This document shows, in pieces, positions 1 through 16,394 of a stretch of DNA of 64,000 nucleotides. This DNA is from Rhizodiscina lignyota. Its lineage: Eukaryota. The stretch spans positions 62,001-126,000 of the forward strand of contig ML978135.1 of the NCBI GenBank assembly GCA_010015805.1, read 5' to 3'. The position numbers were made by a program, and so were the translations under genes. Positions within the stretch are counted from its first letter, which is position 1, and each line of letters opens with the position of its first letter. The notes beneath the pieces are model-generated. The model saw nothing but the letters and a program-made list of their open reading frames with translations, was not told where the DNA came from and did no database searches.

Positions 1-47
1 GCGTAAGTGAAGCACGCGATGCCCAGCTCGTTCTGCATCTCGACTGA

Positions 48-2121
<2,074 letters not shown>

Positions 2122-2740
2122 AGACATGATTGACTGTTGTTGAAAAGTTTATCCCCTTCATGATTGTACATTCCCCCATTTCCATTTCGCCTCTCCTGTC
2201 TTAACACTCTTCCCTTACACTACTTGCATCTGCGCACGTTGAAACGGCGTACGGCGGACTACTATTGGGCTCTTTGTCAAGCGCAAATGCCGCAAGGAGA
2301 AGATGAGGATGCCATGGGTCATGTAGAATAGTTATTGCTCGGGTTTGAGCGATATTTTGTAATATTCGGATTCTCCTCTCAGATAAATTGAGATACCAAG
2401 ACACAAGACCACTTGATAGCACCGTTAAAAATTTGTAGATGACCTTGACGTCTTTGACACCTAAGAATATCCATTCTCATGAGGTTGCCCCTATCTATCA
2501 TTAATCATGTGTTCGTGCTTAAGTCCGACAAATCAATGACAGCGGCATCGGCATTTCCCGAGGCGCACCTCATCGCCGAGATGCTCCTCCAAAAGATTTC
2601 CAATCAGATCAGACGAGCTTCAGTTTCTAGCTCCACCCTTCTTTCCCCCCTTTTATAGACTTTTGATTTTAATATATAGCACATTTGAGGCTGTAACAGC
2701 CTCCTGGTGGTCGCCGTATCGTCGTTCTACTTCCTCCATC

Positions 2741-5700
2741 ATGCTGTACGGGCAGAATTTGCCATGGCGACAAGCTCTTCGACATGCTTCAAGAAGATCG
2801 CCGAATAGGATCGCAATCTCGTCATATCATACGGCTCGCCTTCCCTCACGGTGCGTATGCGAAGTTCCAGCTCGATCCTTACCACGATGTGCGCACCCTC
2901 GAAGGTTGAATACCCTCCCCTCCACCCTCCGCAGCTTTTCCGCCACCACCGCACGACGGAAAGACAAACCCTCCGACCCTCCCGAACCCGCGCCAGCAGA
3001 CGAGGAAACGACGCAAAGGTCTAAAGAATCTAAAGATGAGACGTCGATATCACGAGATGAGGCCGAATCCGAGGAGGCGAAGACCAAGACGCCAGATCCC
3101 ATACCCTCGAACAACTCCGCCGACGGCGCAAAGGGTGCAACGGCAGGAGGCGGCTCAGGATCATCTGGCGACTCCAACTCCTCCAGCGGCGAGGGCCGCG
3201 GCAAGAAGCGCAAAGCTCCTTCGTCGTCGACGCAGACGCCTGAGCGGTCACTGACGAAGCCTACCATCCCCGAGGTCTACCCGCAAGTCATGGCCATCCC
3301 CATCACGAAGCGCCCTTTGTTCCCGGGATGGTACAAGGCGATCACAGTGCGCGATCCAAACGTCATTGCTGCGATACAGGAGATGGTGCGGCGGGGGCAG
3401 CCGTACGTGGGCGCGTTCCTGCTGAAGGACGAGAAGGCGGATAAGGATACGATTGATAACGTGGACGAAGTGTATGATGTGGGCACATTCTGTCAGATCA
3501 CGAGCAAGTATGATGGAGCGAGCGATCAAAATGGGCAGACCGTAGTGCTGTATCCGCACAGACGTATACGCTTGACGGGATTGATGTCACCTAACAAGGA
3601 GATGGAAGAGAAAGGGGAAGCGAAGGCTGCTATGGCCACAATAGAGGCAGTGCCAGAGGCAGAGGAGAGTAAAGACTCTGAGAAAGAGGGCAAAGAGGCT
3701 AAAGAAGAGAAGAAAGGCGATGTAGTCGCGTCCTTCGAGGAATCGACCGCGGAAGCAAAGGAGCAGCAACTGCAACTTGCCAAAAGAGACGAATCGGCTG
3801 AGGTGCAACAGCAACCATCGCGATACCAGCCTTCCTCCTTCCTCTCCTCATACAACGTCTCCGTCGTCAAGGTCGACAACGTAACCGAAGAGCCATACGA
3901 CTCGAAAGACCCCAACATCCGCGCCTTCGCCAATGAAACCGCCAACGTCTTCCGCGAAATTGCCGGCACGAACCCACTCTTCAAGGATCAGATAGCCTCT
4001 TTCATGGCATCCCAAGGCACACGCAACGTCACCGAGGACCCTGGCCGTCTCGCTGACCTCGCAGCGGCAGTGTGCATGGGCGAGCCTGCGGAACTGCAAG
4101 AAGTCCTTTCCGCAATGAACATTTCTGAGCGCGCGCTTAGGGGCTTGACGCTGCTGAAGAAAGAGCTGATGAGCGCGCAGCTGCAGACGAAGATCGCGAA
4201 GGAGGTGGAAGGCTCGATACACGAGAAACAGCGGAAGTACTACCTCATGGAGCAGTACAAGGCGGTTGGACGGGAGCTGGGCTACGCCAGCGACGGCAAG
4301 GATAAGCTGATTGAGAAGTTTAAGGAGAAGGCGGCGAAGCTGGCGATGCCAGACGCCGTGAGCAAAGTCTTTGACGAGGAGGTCAATAAGCTAGGACACT
4401 TGGAGCCTGCGGCCAGCGAGTTCAATGTCACGAGGAATTATCTCGACTGGCTGACGCAGATCCCATGGGGCCAACGGAGCGCGGAGAACTTTGGCATTCA
4501 GCACGCCATGAAAGTGCTGGATGAGGATCATCATGGGCTGAAGGATGTGAAAGACAGGATATTGGAATTCATCGCTGTCGGCAAGCTGCGTGGTACTGTG
4601 GAGGGCAAGATTCTCTGCATGGTGGGCCCGCCCGGTGTCGGCAAGACGAGCATTGGAAAGAGTATTGCACGCGCGCTAAATCGGCAGTACTACCGCTTCA
4701 GTGTCGGAGGACTTACTGATGTTGCGGAAATCAAGGGGCATAGGCGCACATATGTCGGCGCGCTCCCCGGACGCATCATTCAAGCATTGAAGAAGTGCCA
4801 GACGGAGAACCCGTTGGTGTTGATCGATGAGGTGGACAAGATTGGACGCGGGCACCAAGGAGATCCATCGAGTGCGTTGCTCGAGCTGCTTGATCCCGAA
4901 CAAAACAACAGTTTCTTGGACCACTACATGGATGTGCCCGTCGATCTGTCGAAGGTGCTCTTTGTATGCACTGCGAACATGACGGACACCATCCCTCGAC
5001 CATTGCTTGATCGTATGGAGATGATAGAATTATCGGGTTACGTTGCAGATGAGAAGATGGCAATTGCTGAGCGCTATCTATCACCGCAAGCAAAGGAGCT
5101 CAGTGGACTCAAAGACGTCGACGTGCAACTCGAAGAAGACGCCATCCAAGAGCTCATCAATAAGTACTGCCGCGAAAGCGGCGTGCGCAACCTAAAGAAA
5201 CAGATCGAAAAGGTCTACCGCAAATCTGCGCTCAAGATCATCCAAGACCTCGGTGAGGAAGTGCTGCCTGAGGCAGAAGCCCTGACCGCTGAGGGCAAAG
5301 CTGCCGCAGCCGAGGCGGCAAAGGACGAATCGGACGTCAAAGAAACGCCTCAGGATATCGACAAGGAGACCACCGAGACACCACGTGTTGCGCTTAAGGT
5401 CCCAGATACAGTGCATGTCTCCATCACGAAGGACAACCTGAAAGATTACGTCGGTCCGCCAGTGTTCACAACCGACCGTCTCTATGATACCACACCCGCT
5501 GGCGTGGCAATGGGTCTCGCGTGGACGCAGATGGGCGGGTCCGCGCTGTACGTCGAGAGCATCCTTGAAACAGCGCTCTCGCATTCTTCCCGGCCAAGTC
5601 TCAGCCCCACAGGCAACCTCAAGGCCGTAATGAAGGAGTCAACTGCCATCGCGTATAGCTTCTCGAAGTCAGTCCTCGCTCGCCAATTCCCTGGAAACAA

Positions 5701-6237
5701 GTTCTTCGAGCACGCCCGGATACATCTGCACTGTCCCGAGGGCGCGGTACGGAAGGACGGCCCGAGCGCAGGCATCACGATGGCGAGTAGTTTGCTGAGT
5801 CTCGCCCTGGACACACCGCTCGACCCGACGATCGCGATGACTGGTGAATTGACGGTTACGGGGAAGGTGTTGAGGATCGGAGGGCTGAGGGAGAAGACCG
5901 TTGCGGCGAGGCGGGCGGGCGCGAAGATGATTCTGTTTCCCAAGGATAACTTGAGCGATTGGTTGGAGTTGCCTGAGGTGAGTCTCTCTGGAATTCTTTT
6001 TCCGTTTTTCTTTCCAGGTTTGAACATCAAACAAGAAATGGGACAAGGGCTGACTTGAATGAAATGCAGAACATTAAGCAAGAGATTGAGGGCAAACCTG
6101 TTGACTGGTACTCCGACGTCTTCGAGACCATCTTCCCTGACGTTGACCACGAGCACTGCAACGACCTCTGGAAACAGGAATTGAAGAAGCCCTCCAAAGA
6201 CAATGAGCGGTCAAAGGAGTCGGAAGATGATGACTGA
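2741..6237 (+). CDS. PIM1: Mitochondrial Lon ATP-dependent protease
   Basis: Arg/Ser-rich presequence, Walker A GPPGVGKTS, LIDEVDK, catalytic KDGPSAG and GGLREK. Intron 5978-6069 (GTGAGT..CAG) joins the last exon NIKQEIEGKPVDWY. Confidence 0.96.
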
Positions 6238-9073
6238 GCCTAGAATTTGAACGCGTGTTACGCCCGACATTGTTGTTCTTGTATATGAGACCATTATTTC
6301 GGATCTGCACTAGCATATTTTGGAGCTCGCGTGGATGCATTAGTCGGAGTCGGGACCGTTCGCGCATGAATGGCGATCTTTTCATCTGTACATACTGTTT
6401 GACCGCTCATTAAGAGGAAGAGGTCTCAGACGATGCTTTGTAAACACCCCACTCTGTGTAGATTTGCCATGTAGAAGTATACGGATGCAGATGAAAGTCC
6501 GAGACAAGTCCTTTCGACATCGATCTGAATCTTGATTTGGAGTGCGGAGAGCACAAGAAATCGTACGACCATCGGCTCCGCGAACCACAGTCGGCATGAA
6601 AGCGAACCAAATGGGCCACATCTCTCGATCTCAATATTGTAGTGGGATCTGAAGTACCTTCCCCTTGGAACAAACCGAATCATTCGGATAATTTCAGAAC
6701 GCTCAGCTGATTCATATGCATCTTCGAATGATGAGGTTGGCGATCGGAGAGCCGGTTAGGCGGTGTCGTCTTCCGTCGGGTCTGCGGCAAAAGCGGCAGC
6801 ATAAGTTTAATAAGTTCCAAAAGATGTTCTAAAGGCCGAGAACCACCAGCAAGGCCGAGGGGTATAGATGAAGCTATTGAAGCTAAAGGACACTTGGAAG
6901 CGGAGAAGTCGGCATATCAAGTACCCCAAGTGGTATCAATTGCATAAGTTCGCTGCAGTTTGCGCCGGGCAGACCTGTGTCATCGCGTCAGCAAGCCGAA
7001 AGATTTGCTGTTACATAGAGAGTAAAAGAAAATGCCGGGCGCTAAGCGTCGCAGCCACGCGACTGGACATGTCGCACCTGCATGCATCGCTGTTTGAGGC
7101 TGGTATGGTGTCGATGAAGCCTCAGTTCTTCACTCCACCTCGCGAATTCGAATCTGGCAGGGAGCGGGCCTGGTCGGTGGTTGGTCGTGAGGCGAGCTGA
7201 AGCCCTACCGTTGTCCCGCTGCACCTGCTGGATCTTGCAGTGCAGATGGATTGTGGCGCGAGAGCGCGCTGCCTGGCCGTCCAGGCAAAAAGAAAAGAGC
7301 GATCCACTTACACGCGATGACAGCGATGACAGCAAGGTCCGCATCAGGTCCGCACGGGATGCTCATCCTTTGAGCCGTTCCTTCGGCAAGGATGGAGCTT
7401 GACTTGGGTAATATTTCGTGCATCCGCGAGGGGATGACGATAGCGCCTAAAAGGGACGGAGCACAGACTGACGCCTCTGTGCAGTTCATCATCTCGCCTG
7501 CGCCGTGTTCATGTCTTGTTCTGTCCATGCTGCATGCATAAGAAGTTGGGAACGAGGAGAAGATCGTCTGGGGTGGGAAATGCTCGATCAAGTGTGGATG
7601 GGTGAGTCGAGCGTAATACGGTCAACGCACTAGGGGCCCCTTGGCAGCGGAAACTTCCAAGACATCTTCCCAGTCAGCCCTCTTCCATATGTTCTGTTAT
7701 AAGTGCTCTCTCCCCGTTGCGAACGTCCCGAAAAGCTGCGGACACGCGTCTTAAACTGTCGCCAAGGTGGAAGAGCCATGTGGCCGTTGCGGCGCGCGCA
7801 ATTGGCGCCATTTATTCGACATCCCAAACTTCCGTACCCGAGTCGGTCCGTCTTGCGAATTTCCGTCTGGATGGTTTGAGTTGGCGGGAAGACAGCTCGG
7901 ATCGTGCCGACCACGAGCCTCGAACCACTGCTCTGGAACTGCAAAACAAAACTTTCTTCGAGGTGACGTCCGACGACAGAAGCCCGCCAGACGGGCCGGA
8001 ATTTCGTCCCAAATGAAGAAATGAGGGTGGTGAGAGGCCGCTCGGCTAGTGCTATGTAATGGAGGGTAGCAAGGCGCATTCAAAGGCCCGCGAGCCGTTT
8101 CAGCGTTGCAGCGGTCGCTTTCGTGAGTTTTCTAGCTGTTCAACAGCGGCCGTGTGCCCGGCCAGACGCCCAATCGCATAATGGCCGGGCGCTTTCTCGA
8201 CAATTCGCTCGGATGATGCTATCCTTCATTTGACTGAAGGAGAAGGAGAAATGGGCCAGAGGGGCGAAGCTGTTCCGCAGGCGCTGATACTTACGGTTAG
8301 TGGCGTTAATTGGTTTCCAAGACAAAATCACCGTGTAACGTGAGAACCAAATCATCGGATTTCGACCCGCTGGAGAGGATAAAGTTCGGAGCCGCGCAGA
8401 ATGTGGCGGTGGTTAGCGATACCTGATGGTTGTTCGAGCTGAGATCTAGGAGAATCGGCGCTTTCCAGACTTCTGCTGGTCGCCGTGAAGGACTGGGGGC
8501 GGTACGCTATGGGAGCCGGGCTCTGGCCTGCCATAAGGCTTTTTGCTTGTGGCGTCCAGGGTCGAGTGCGCAATGGGGCGGCAGGGTAGATTATGATGTG
8601 GGTAGAAGCCAATGAAGAACTTTCTATGTGCCCGGCCCACGTTTCAAGGCGTGTTTGTTGCGAAGCCTAACAAGCCCATTCCGACACTTTTCCCAAAAAG
8701 AAATGTGAGCACTCACATTTTGGCATTGCTCTTTACCCTGAGATCTCAAAATGGGGCACCCTGAGTAAGGTGCTTGGCATGGTAAGTCGCAACAAAGAGC
8801 GCTTGCCATCCGAACGATCGACCTGTCAAATGCCGCAAAATATGCCCTTTTCCCGCTGACATCGTGAGGCGAAGTCTTTTTCGTAATAGGCCAGATGTGG
8901 TCCCTCCCACGTCTCAAGCCACCAGTGGTTTCACTGGTACGTTCTCCACCCGCCAGGCTCCTGTCCATCGCATATACGCCTACATGGTTTGCGGCCCAAT
9001 TCATCCTGCTCATGTTATAGCAGTGGCTTGAAAGGCAAGACGGACCTCGTCGCAACCAAATCCGTGTATCGCA

Positions 9074-10809
9074 ATGTCTGAATCCGTGGGCGATGAGTAC
9101 CGGGAAACAGTCGAAATTCACGACAGAGACTTCCAGCTCTACTCCATCCAGAACAGGATATATTTTGTCCCTGTTGACGATGTATGCAACAACCCCAACC
9201 CATTATTGGCATACTAAGATGTTCAATCTTCTCAGTAGCGTCTTCACACAGTCTTAGAGGCAAACTTTTGCCTCTAATACTGCCGGTCCTGCTGAGAAAT
9301 TGTAGGCTGACTCGGAGACAGGAAGAGGAAGAAAGACTTCAGATCCAACACAGGGTCTTCAGCGCCCTTTGGGAAGGACGTTTATTCTTTCCACCGCTCT
9401 CCTACCCTAGACGCATTCTCGATCTAGGTTATGGCCAAGGAGAATGGGCTGTAGCCATGGCGGAGCAGTACGAGAACAGCCAGGTAAGAGATTTACTCCG
9501 TTTTGTTGCCCAGTTCCTTTCTGCCTGGGCAGTCTAGGCTTAGTTGTGATCCCACACGTCTTGATGAACATCGAGGCCGTGTGAGCCGTGAAACACAGCA
9601 TGTAATAGAAGCAACCAGTCCTAGGTGTTCTCGTTTGACTGTTTTTCCGGAAAAGACATTCCACACCCACTGACCAACTGAGTAGGTAACGGCAGTCGAT
9701 ATTTGGCATGCGGACCTTCCTGATCAACCGGATAACCTTGACTGCGAACACTGGAACCTGAATGACCCCTTAACGCCGACGTACAAACGAGACCATTATG
9801 ATTTCATTCACTCCCGATGCGTTTCTCCAGGTATCAAGAAGGATAGATGGAGATCATACGTCCGCGACATCTACCGCTTGCTTAGAAGAGGTGGATGGGC
9901 GCAGCTTGTAGAATACTATTTCATCGTACAGTCCGACAACGGCCGTATCAACGACGATAATCCAATATCGCAATGGGGAACATGCTATAGAAGATCCATG
10001 GAAGGCGACAGAGATCCGCGAGCCGGGCGCCACATCCGCCAGCTCATGAGAGACTCGGGCTTCTCGGACGTACAGGAACAAATCTTCCACGTACCCATCG
10101 GAAGCTGGCATAATGGTGAGTGGCACCTTCCTCTTAGCTCTGTAACGGCGGATGAAGTTTTTGGAAACACGGAAGCGACCCGCATCGCCCAGAACCGACA
10201 ATGTAGTGGTGCAGCAAGATGAAGAGGCTCTGAAGCCGTACTCCTCTCATCCACACATGATGCCGCGGCGTTTTCTTGGGGTGGTGCACACAGGACTGGC
10301 AGAGCCTGGCAAGAGGATCGCTGCAGGAGTGGTGTCGAAGAACCTGCGATGCGTAGCGTCCTCTTCAAGGCCGTAAAGAAACTGCATAATCTCAGATGTA
10401 CCTTGGCACCACCTCTTTCTGCCTTGTTATGTCTGAGGCCGCGCGCAGCTCTGAGTTCTTCAATATCCATGCTCTTCCGCTGCCGCACTCTGCATTTGCT
10501 GCCATCGTCTAGCATGTTACCTCCAAAGACTGATCATTGTCTCAACAGATGAACGGATGCGCAATGTTGGCACTCAAAACGTTGAAAACGTCAGTTTAAT
10601 GCTCGACTCCCATGCCATCTGGCCGTTTACGCACAGGCTCGGATGGACTGCGCAGCAAGTCGGATGGCTGACAGATGGAGCGCGAACCGAGCTGCGTGAT
10701 GACTCCCTGAAACTGTATATGCCATTGTCAGTATATTTACTGTTGCTTGCATCTGTCGGAGAGCTGACTGGTTTGAAGGCATGTGGCGTGGGGACGTAAA
10801 CGACACTAA
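9074..10809 (+). CDS. LaeA-like class I SAM-dependent methyltransferase
   Basis: Exons 9074-9181, 9322-9483, 9686-10115, 10549-10726, 10779-10809 give YFVPVDDEEEERL, ILDLGYGQGEWA, YDFIHSR, PIGSW and VAWGRK, as in the LaeA/Llm family. Start codon uncertain. Confidence 0.85.
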
Positions 10810-12884
10810 ACGTTAAGTAGGCCGAGGCGAACGGCCACCGTGACGACGACGAATATCACCCGGCGGCTTGCACGGTTTCCAAATCCGATACCCTAGACAT
10901 GACAGTTCTCTTCTCCCCGTGTTGTTCTTAGATTGGCTCCTTGGCAGCAGTGGATAGCGGATGACGTTGACGGAGCTTCCACCATGTCTTGCTGTTCGTT
11001 GCTTCACGCGATGTAGTCATTTATTCGCATCATTTTCTGTTGATCGCTCTTGTCTTTTGGCACTGGAGAGTGGCGTGGCAGAAGTTAGAGGGGCTGTAAT
11101 CGTTATCGAGTGGTCGTGTTCCTGGGACAGGCTGTCGACGAAACTGGTCGCACTTCACGCCGAGATGGTGTATGATGCTCATGTTCTTTCATAGTGTTCG
11201 CCGCATGTACATGATGAACGATGGAATGAGTTGATGAGTTACGCACGCTTGTACGAATGCAAACTGGAAGGAAGTTGAGGGGGCCGCGAGGTTCTGAGGA
11301 AGGAAGAGGGCAGGCAAGGAAGGAGCAAACAGCGATAGGTCGACGTCGATATCAAGTCTTCGCCAGTTCTCAGCGCGCCGTGACAAGTGATCAGAAAGCA
11401 ACTGTCTTAGATTTTCATCACAGCTAGAGGAAAATGCTTCCAAACGGGACTTGCGGACCGAAATATGAGACAGCACCCCTTCTTAAAAATCCTTAAGAGG
11501 CCAACATCTCCCTAAATCCGACACTGTGGTACGGCGGCTCGACAACCAGACCAGCGTTTTCTTCCCTCACCCTCCCACATGCGCCTGACGACGGCAGCAG
11601 TGGCATATGTATAAGCACGGCCTACTGCATTCTTTGCTTTTCCCTGAGAATGCTCCGATGACAAGCAGGCGACTAACGTGGGACAGATGCGAATCTGAGC
11701 ACGAGCCGGGAGAGGACGTGACGGCGAACGGACGCATCCTGATGTTTTAACTTCCTCCACCCTTCTGAGCTAGTGGAAGTTACGAACTGCGTCCATGCGT
11801 CCGATCTCCACAATCCGAGACTCCGTGAACCGTCTATTGATCACCACTCCTCAGACCAAGGCTTTGGCGTCGGGGAAGGCGGGACGAACTTATGGGCTGC
11901 ATGAACCTAAAGGCACGTGTCAACTCAGTCTTACGATGTGCCACGCTTCTGCTGGAGAGACGCGCGCATAAAGGAAGTAGGAGCCTTCCTTCACGTCGAC
12001 TGCGTGGCCATCGACTGCAACCCACCGCATTCCCCCAAAGCGTTGTCGCGATCCTGCAACGGCAGCGTGGGAGACGGCCCGAGTGCGACGCGACTCTCAC
12101 CACCCCAATTTCAGCATGTCAGGAACATCGTTTCCGATTGCAAACCGCAATCGCGTGACGAAAAGTCTGTTTGACTGGGTTCTTCGAGTTTTTGGCAGCA
12201 GTTCATCAAGATGAAATTTCAGGCATGGTCTGATCGTCATTGCGCAATCTCTGTTATCCATCGACTTCCGGCAAGCGAAGACGAAGACGCTTAAAGTCCT
12301 TAGCGACCTCCATCCTGCGACTCTGTCAACGACACGGAATGGGGCCCTTCTTCAAAGCAAGTCACCGAGGAACGCAACGGCGAGAAGAGACTGCTCGTAG
12401 ATCTCCGATGAACTGCCTCTTTGCGGCTTTCCGGATCGCTTCCGGGTCAAAGGGAAAGCCACACCGTATCCCCGCAAAATTACAATTTCACGATCGAAAT
12501 ATCTGGAATCACCACTGCAAACCAGTAGGGCTCGCTGAAAGGCGCATGGTGAAAAGCAAAGGTGACCATTCCCGCCAATTGCTGCCCAAGCCCGCTAGGT
12601 CGTAGGTGCATTTAGCCTATCAAGCTTTCCTCATCTCCTCCTTTCGCTTCTTCCCGCACTCCCTGACCTTGACTTTCAACGTGCAAATCCGGCAGCTGCC
12701 TGAAAGGAACCTGCCCGTCGCCTGCCCGTCGTTCTAACAATGCCACCGAATGTCAGGAACGGTGCGGAGTAGACTTCAAACCCCTCCACGAGTACGATAG
12801 TTTCCGGATGGTATATAGATGCCATGGATTTCCTTGGAGAAAGGTGGGTTGTCCGGTACAAGTGCTCTCTTCAACGCTATCACG

Positions 12885-14401
12885 ATGGTTTGGCCGAGCC
12901 TTCTCGTTACTCTCGTTGGTCTTCTCAACATTCAGCGGGGAAGCGCGTACGGAGTCCCCAACGTACCAAGCCACGGCGGACAGCCATGGGGCCACATCGA
13001 CTTTGACTCTTTTGTTGCATTTGGCGACAGCTATACTGACGAGCAGCGACTGGGTTACTTCATCAGTCACAATGGCTCTGCGCCTCCTCCAGGCACTCTT
13101 TTGGCTGCGGTAGGACACCTTCTCTTTCCCTCACAAAGAGAGCAACAGTTTGAAATTCTTTTCATTTTTCATTTTATTTTATGATCAGCCAGCGATTGGG
13201 ATGATGTGGACCTTTCTCTAAGAATGTCTTCCCTGCAAGGTACAAGCTGGATAATTCCACTTTTGGACTAGATCAGGCACTGAAGCATACGCACGTCCTT
13301 CAATACCTTGGGAACTGTGCTGACGAATTTCGTTTTTCAATGGCTTCTACGGACCGTGCCATTTCATAAAACTTTAACGATTATATATAGTATCTCATTA
13401 TAATCTCACAAGAATAGGGGAAACGCCGCTGACAGTAAGCAGAGCAACAGCACCTCAGACGGAGGATACATCTGGACACGCTACGTAACGTTCTACGCAT
13501 CAAGGCCAGGCCACAGCGTCAAGCTCTACAACTACGCCGTCTCGGGCGCCGTCTGCGATAATGACCTCGGATCCCGTTTCTTTGCCTCAATCAATGGCCC
13601 CTTTCCGGATATCAAAAACTACGAGATGCCGGCGTTCTACGCCGACGTGAACTTCAGATACTCAAACGGCACTAAGGCGCTCGACATCGATCCGTCAAGC
13701 ACCGTGTATGCGATGTGGATTGGCACCAACGACCTCGGGACAGATGAATTCCTTACAGACTCGCAAGTTCCGGGGAAGACGTTGGTCGACTATCTGGACT
13801 GCGTGTATGACATGATCGACAAGATTTACGCGAACCCAATTAATGGCCGCTACTTGGTGCTCATGAATATTGCGCCTTTGCAGCTCGTGCCGATGTACCA
13901 GCTCATGAATATCAGCGGCTTGGACGAGGGCTACCAAAACGCCACCGAGACGCACTACCGCATGTGGGAGCAGGTAGCGCTTGTGAACCAAGCGTATGAG
14001 TGGCGCACGATGGGTGAAGTAATGGTCAAGAAGCGCTATCCGGGTATGAAGATTGCGGTCTTCGACGTCAACAGCCTTGTAAGCTCTCCCATGCACAACA
14101 GCCAACCTGATCGGATCAAACATTTGGAGGGATAATTTGCAGCGAGAAACTGATGTGCAACTAGTTGACCAACATTCACGACAATCCATCGCAATATCTT
14201 AATGGCACGGCGCCTGCTAACGTGACCGGGTACATCAATCACTGCAATGCTAACGGCACCGACTGCATGCAACAGCCATCACCCGATTCTTACGAGTGGT
14301 TTGATGCGCTTCACCCGTCGCAGCAAACCGATCGCATCATCGCGCAGGAGTTTCTGAGAGTAGTTGAAGGGAAGAGCAACTATGCCTGGTACTTCAGTTA
14401 A
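12885..14401 (+). CDS. Secreted GDSL/SGNH esterase (CE16 acetylesterase-like)
   Basis: Signal peptide, FGDSYTD, NYAVSGA, WIGTND and WFDALHP motifs. Introns 13110-13442 and 14079-14164. Confidence 0.88.
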
Positions 14402-14838
14402 TGCCGGAGACTGGACAAGGCAGACTGCTCTTTCCATGCAGCTCTGTCGGATTACGGAGAGTTGCAAGAGTCCGGAATTAATGATTACTCGTATACTTGT
14501 GGTAATTGGATAATGGCCGAAAATACGAGGAGAGAATTTGAATAGTCGAATGAATGTTAGTATACAAATAACTTTTAGTCAAGGTCAAAATTCCCGAACC
14601 AGACCCCATCTAGCCCAAACTCCTCGTCAATCCCGCTAGTCATGTATGGGCATCCTCGTCTGTCATTTCAGATTCGAAACCAAACCCAATCCAACCCGAA
14701 TATGAAAGGAAATTTAGCATCAGCCAAACTTCAAAAAGTCAAAGGGTGAAGATCCAACCTAACGCCAACTCCGAGATAAGAGAGGAGAGTCATTCAATAA
14801 AGTCTTCGGCCATCACAACACTGCTGAAGCCGTTCAAC

Positions 14839-16394
14839 TTAGCGTTTCCTCAGACGCTCTTGCTCCGTGACTAGCATATTGTAGAAGCCCTCATCGTAGG
14901 TGGTGCACTGCAAGTACTCCCACCAGAGGCGCAAGCCTGCTGGATCATCGGAATCGGCCTGTTGATCTTGTCAGCACATTGCATCAATCTGTTGAAAGAG
15001 TAGACTTACGTTCTCAAACGCCTGGAGGATGGTCTCCTTCTTCATCATGCCCACTTTCATCTTAGCCTCGCTCTCCCACTCTTTCAACTCGTCCATGTAT
15101 TCTTCGGCTGCGCCAGCCGTAGTGCTAGTCTCGTCTTTGGGGCTAGCATCAGCTGCATCAGCCAAATCGCCCTCGAACTCAGGCTTCTTCCAGAAGTGCT
15201 TCATGAGCTCCTCGGTGACCCAAGCCGGACGGCCGATGTCGGCAAGCTGCTCAGCCCAGTGCATCTTGACGTTGTTGGGAACGGCCTCCACCATGCGGTC
15301 GTAGTCCAGACGATCCGAGAAGCGCTCCTGCGAATACATGCCAAAGTAGATGTACTCGTGCTCATTCTTGCCAGCATTCTTAGCGAAAGTGCTTGCGCGG
15401 ACGAACACCGGAGTGTTAACGATTGCATCGTCGTCGGGGTCATCCTCGTCCTTGTTGAGGCGGACAAACGGAATGAGCTTTGCGCCATGGGCACCTGGCT
15501 GAGGCGGAGCGTATGGATCGGTGGCGGCATCGATGGCGAAGTACGCGCGTCCCGTCAAGATGGATTCGCCATGAGAAGGTGGAATGTAGTAAAAGCCAGG
15601 AGACCACTCGATGCCACCGAAAAGCTTGTGGATGACCTCGAAAGAGAAGGTGCGAGTAGCTGCAGCATTTGGGATCTTATCTGTTGTCTCCAGGGACAAC
15701 GCATTAAGACGTCGTATGATCAGAGGTGTATATGTGGAAGTGGCTTTGACCGCGACGTCTTCAACGGATTGCACCGCTTCGTGAGGCTTGGGGAATGGCC
15801 TGGACACAGGAGTCCTCGTGCGGGATGGAGTAGGAGTCAAGTCCACAGAAACTTGAGCAGGGGGGCTGTTGCCGGTAGCCTGGATCGGGAACTGAGGAAG
15901 GCTTGACGGTGAACGCCTGGGACTGCCATTGTATGAGACACTTTGTAACAATCTGGAAGATGTTTTACTTACGTGTTTGTGCCAAGGGAAGCTTCTAACG
16001 ATTTTGGATCGACCTTCAGAGCTATTTCACCGTTCGTAAGCTTTACGTTGTCCGCTACCGCTAGGGAGCTGTCTGGATCTTGAGGTTTGGCAAGTGACTG
16101 GAAAGGCCCAACAGTTACTGTCCACCCACCTCGAAGCAAGAGATCCACATCGTGACGCAAGTGAGAGAGCTCCTTCAATGAACCATCTTTGAGTACTTCA
16201 AAGTCCTTCCTCAAGAGATCGACCTCCGCAGCCGCCGAGTTCTTGGCTGGTTCCAGCGAGTCACGTCTTGTTGCTGGAACATTCGGCTTTGACGGCTTGT
16301 GCTTTGATTGCTGCATCGACGGCGGCGAACCGTATGCATTGGGATTGAAGGACCCCGCTTGAGGGTTGAAGGACTGGTTGTCCCTCCGATTCAT
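14839..16394 (-). CDS. Conserved fungal hypothetical protein (DUF6697-like C-terminal domain)
   Basis: Three exons in frame (introns 15923-15972 and 14959-15009). Motifs PGAHGAKL, YIYFGMYSQERFSDRLDYD and GLRLWWEYLQC. Domain name recalled, not searched. Confidence 0.7.

Noticed and set aside
10810..12880. Short ORFs between the methyltransferase and the esterase
   Set aside because: No recognisable motifs or coherent exon structure.
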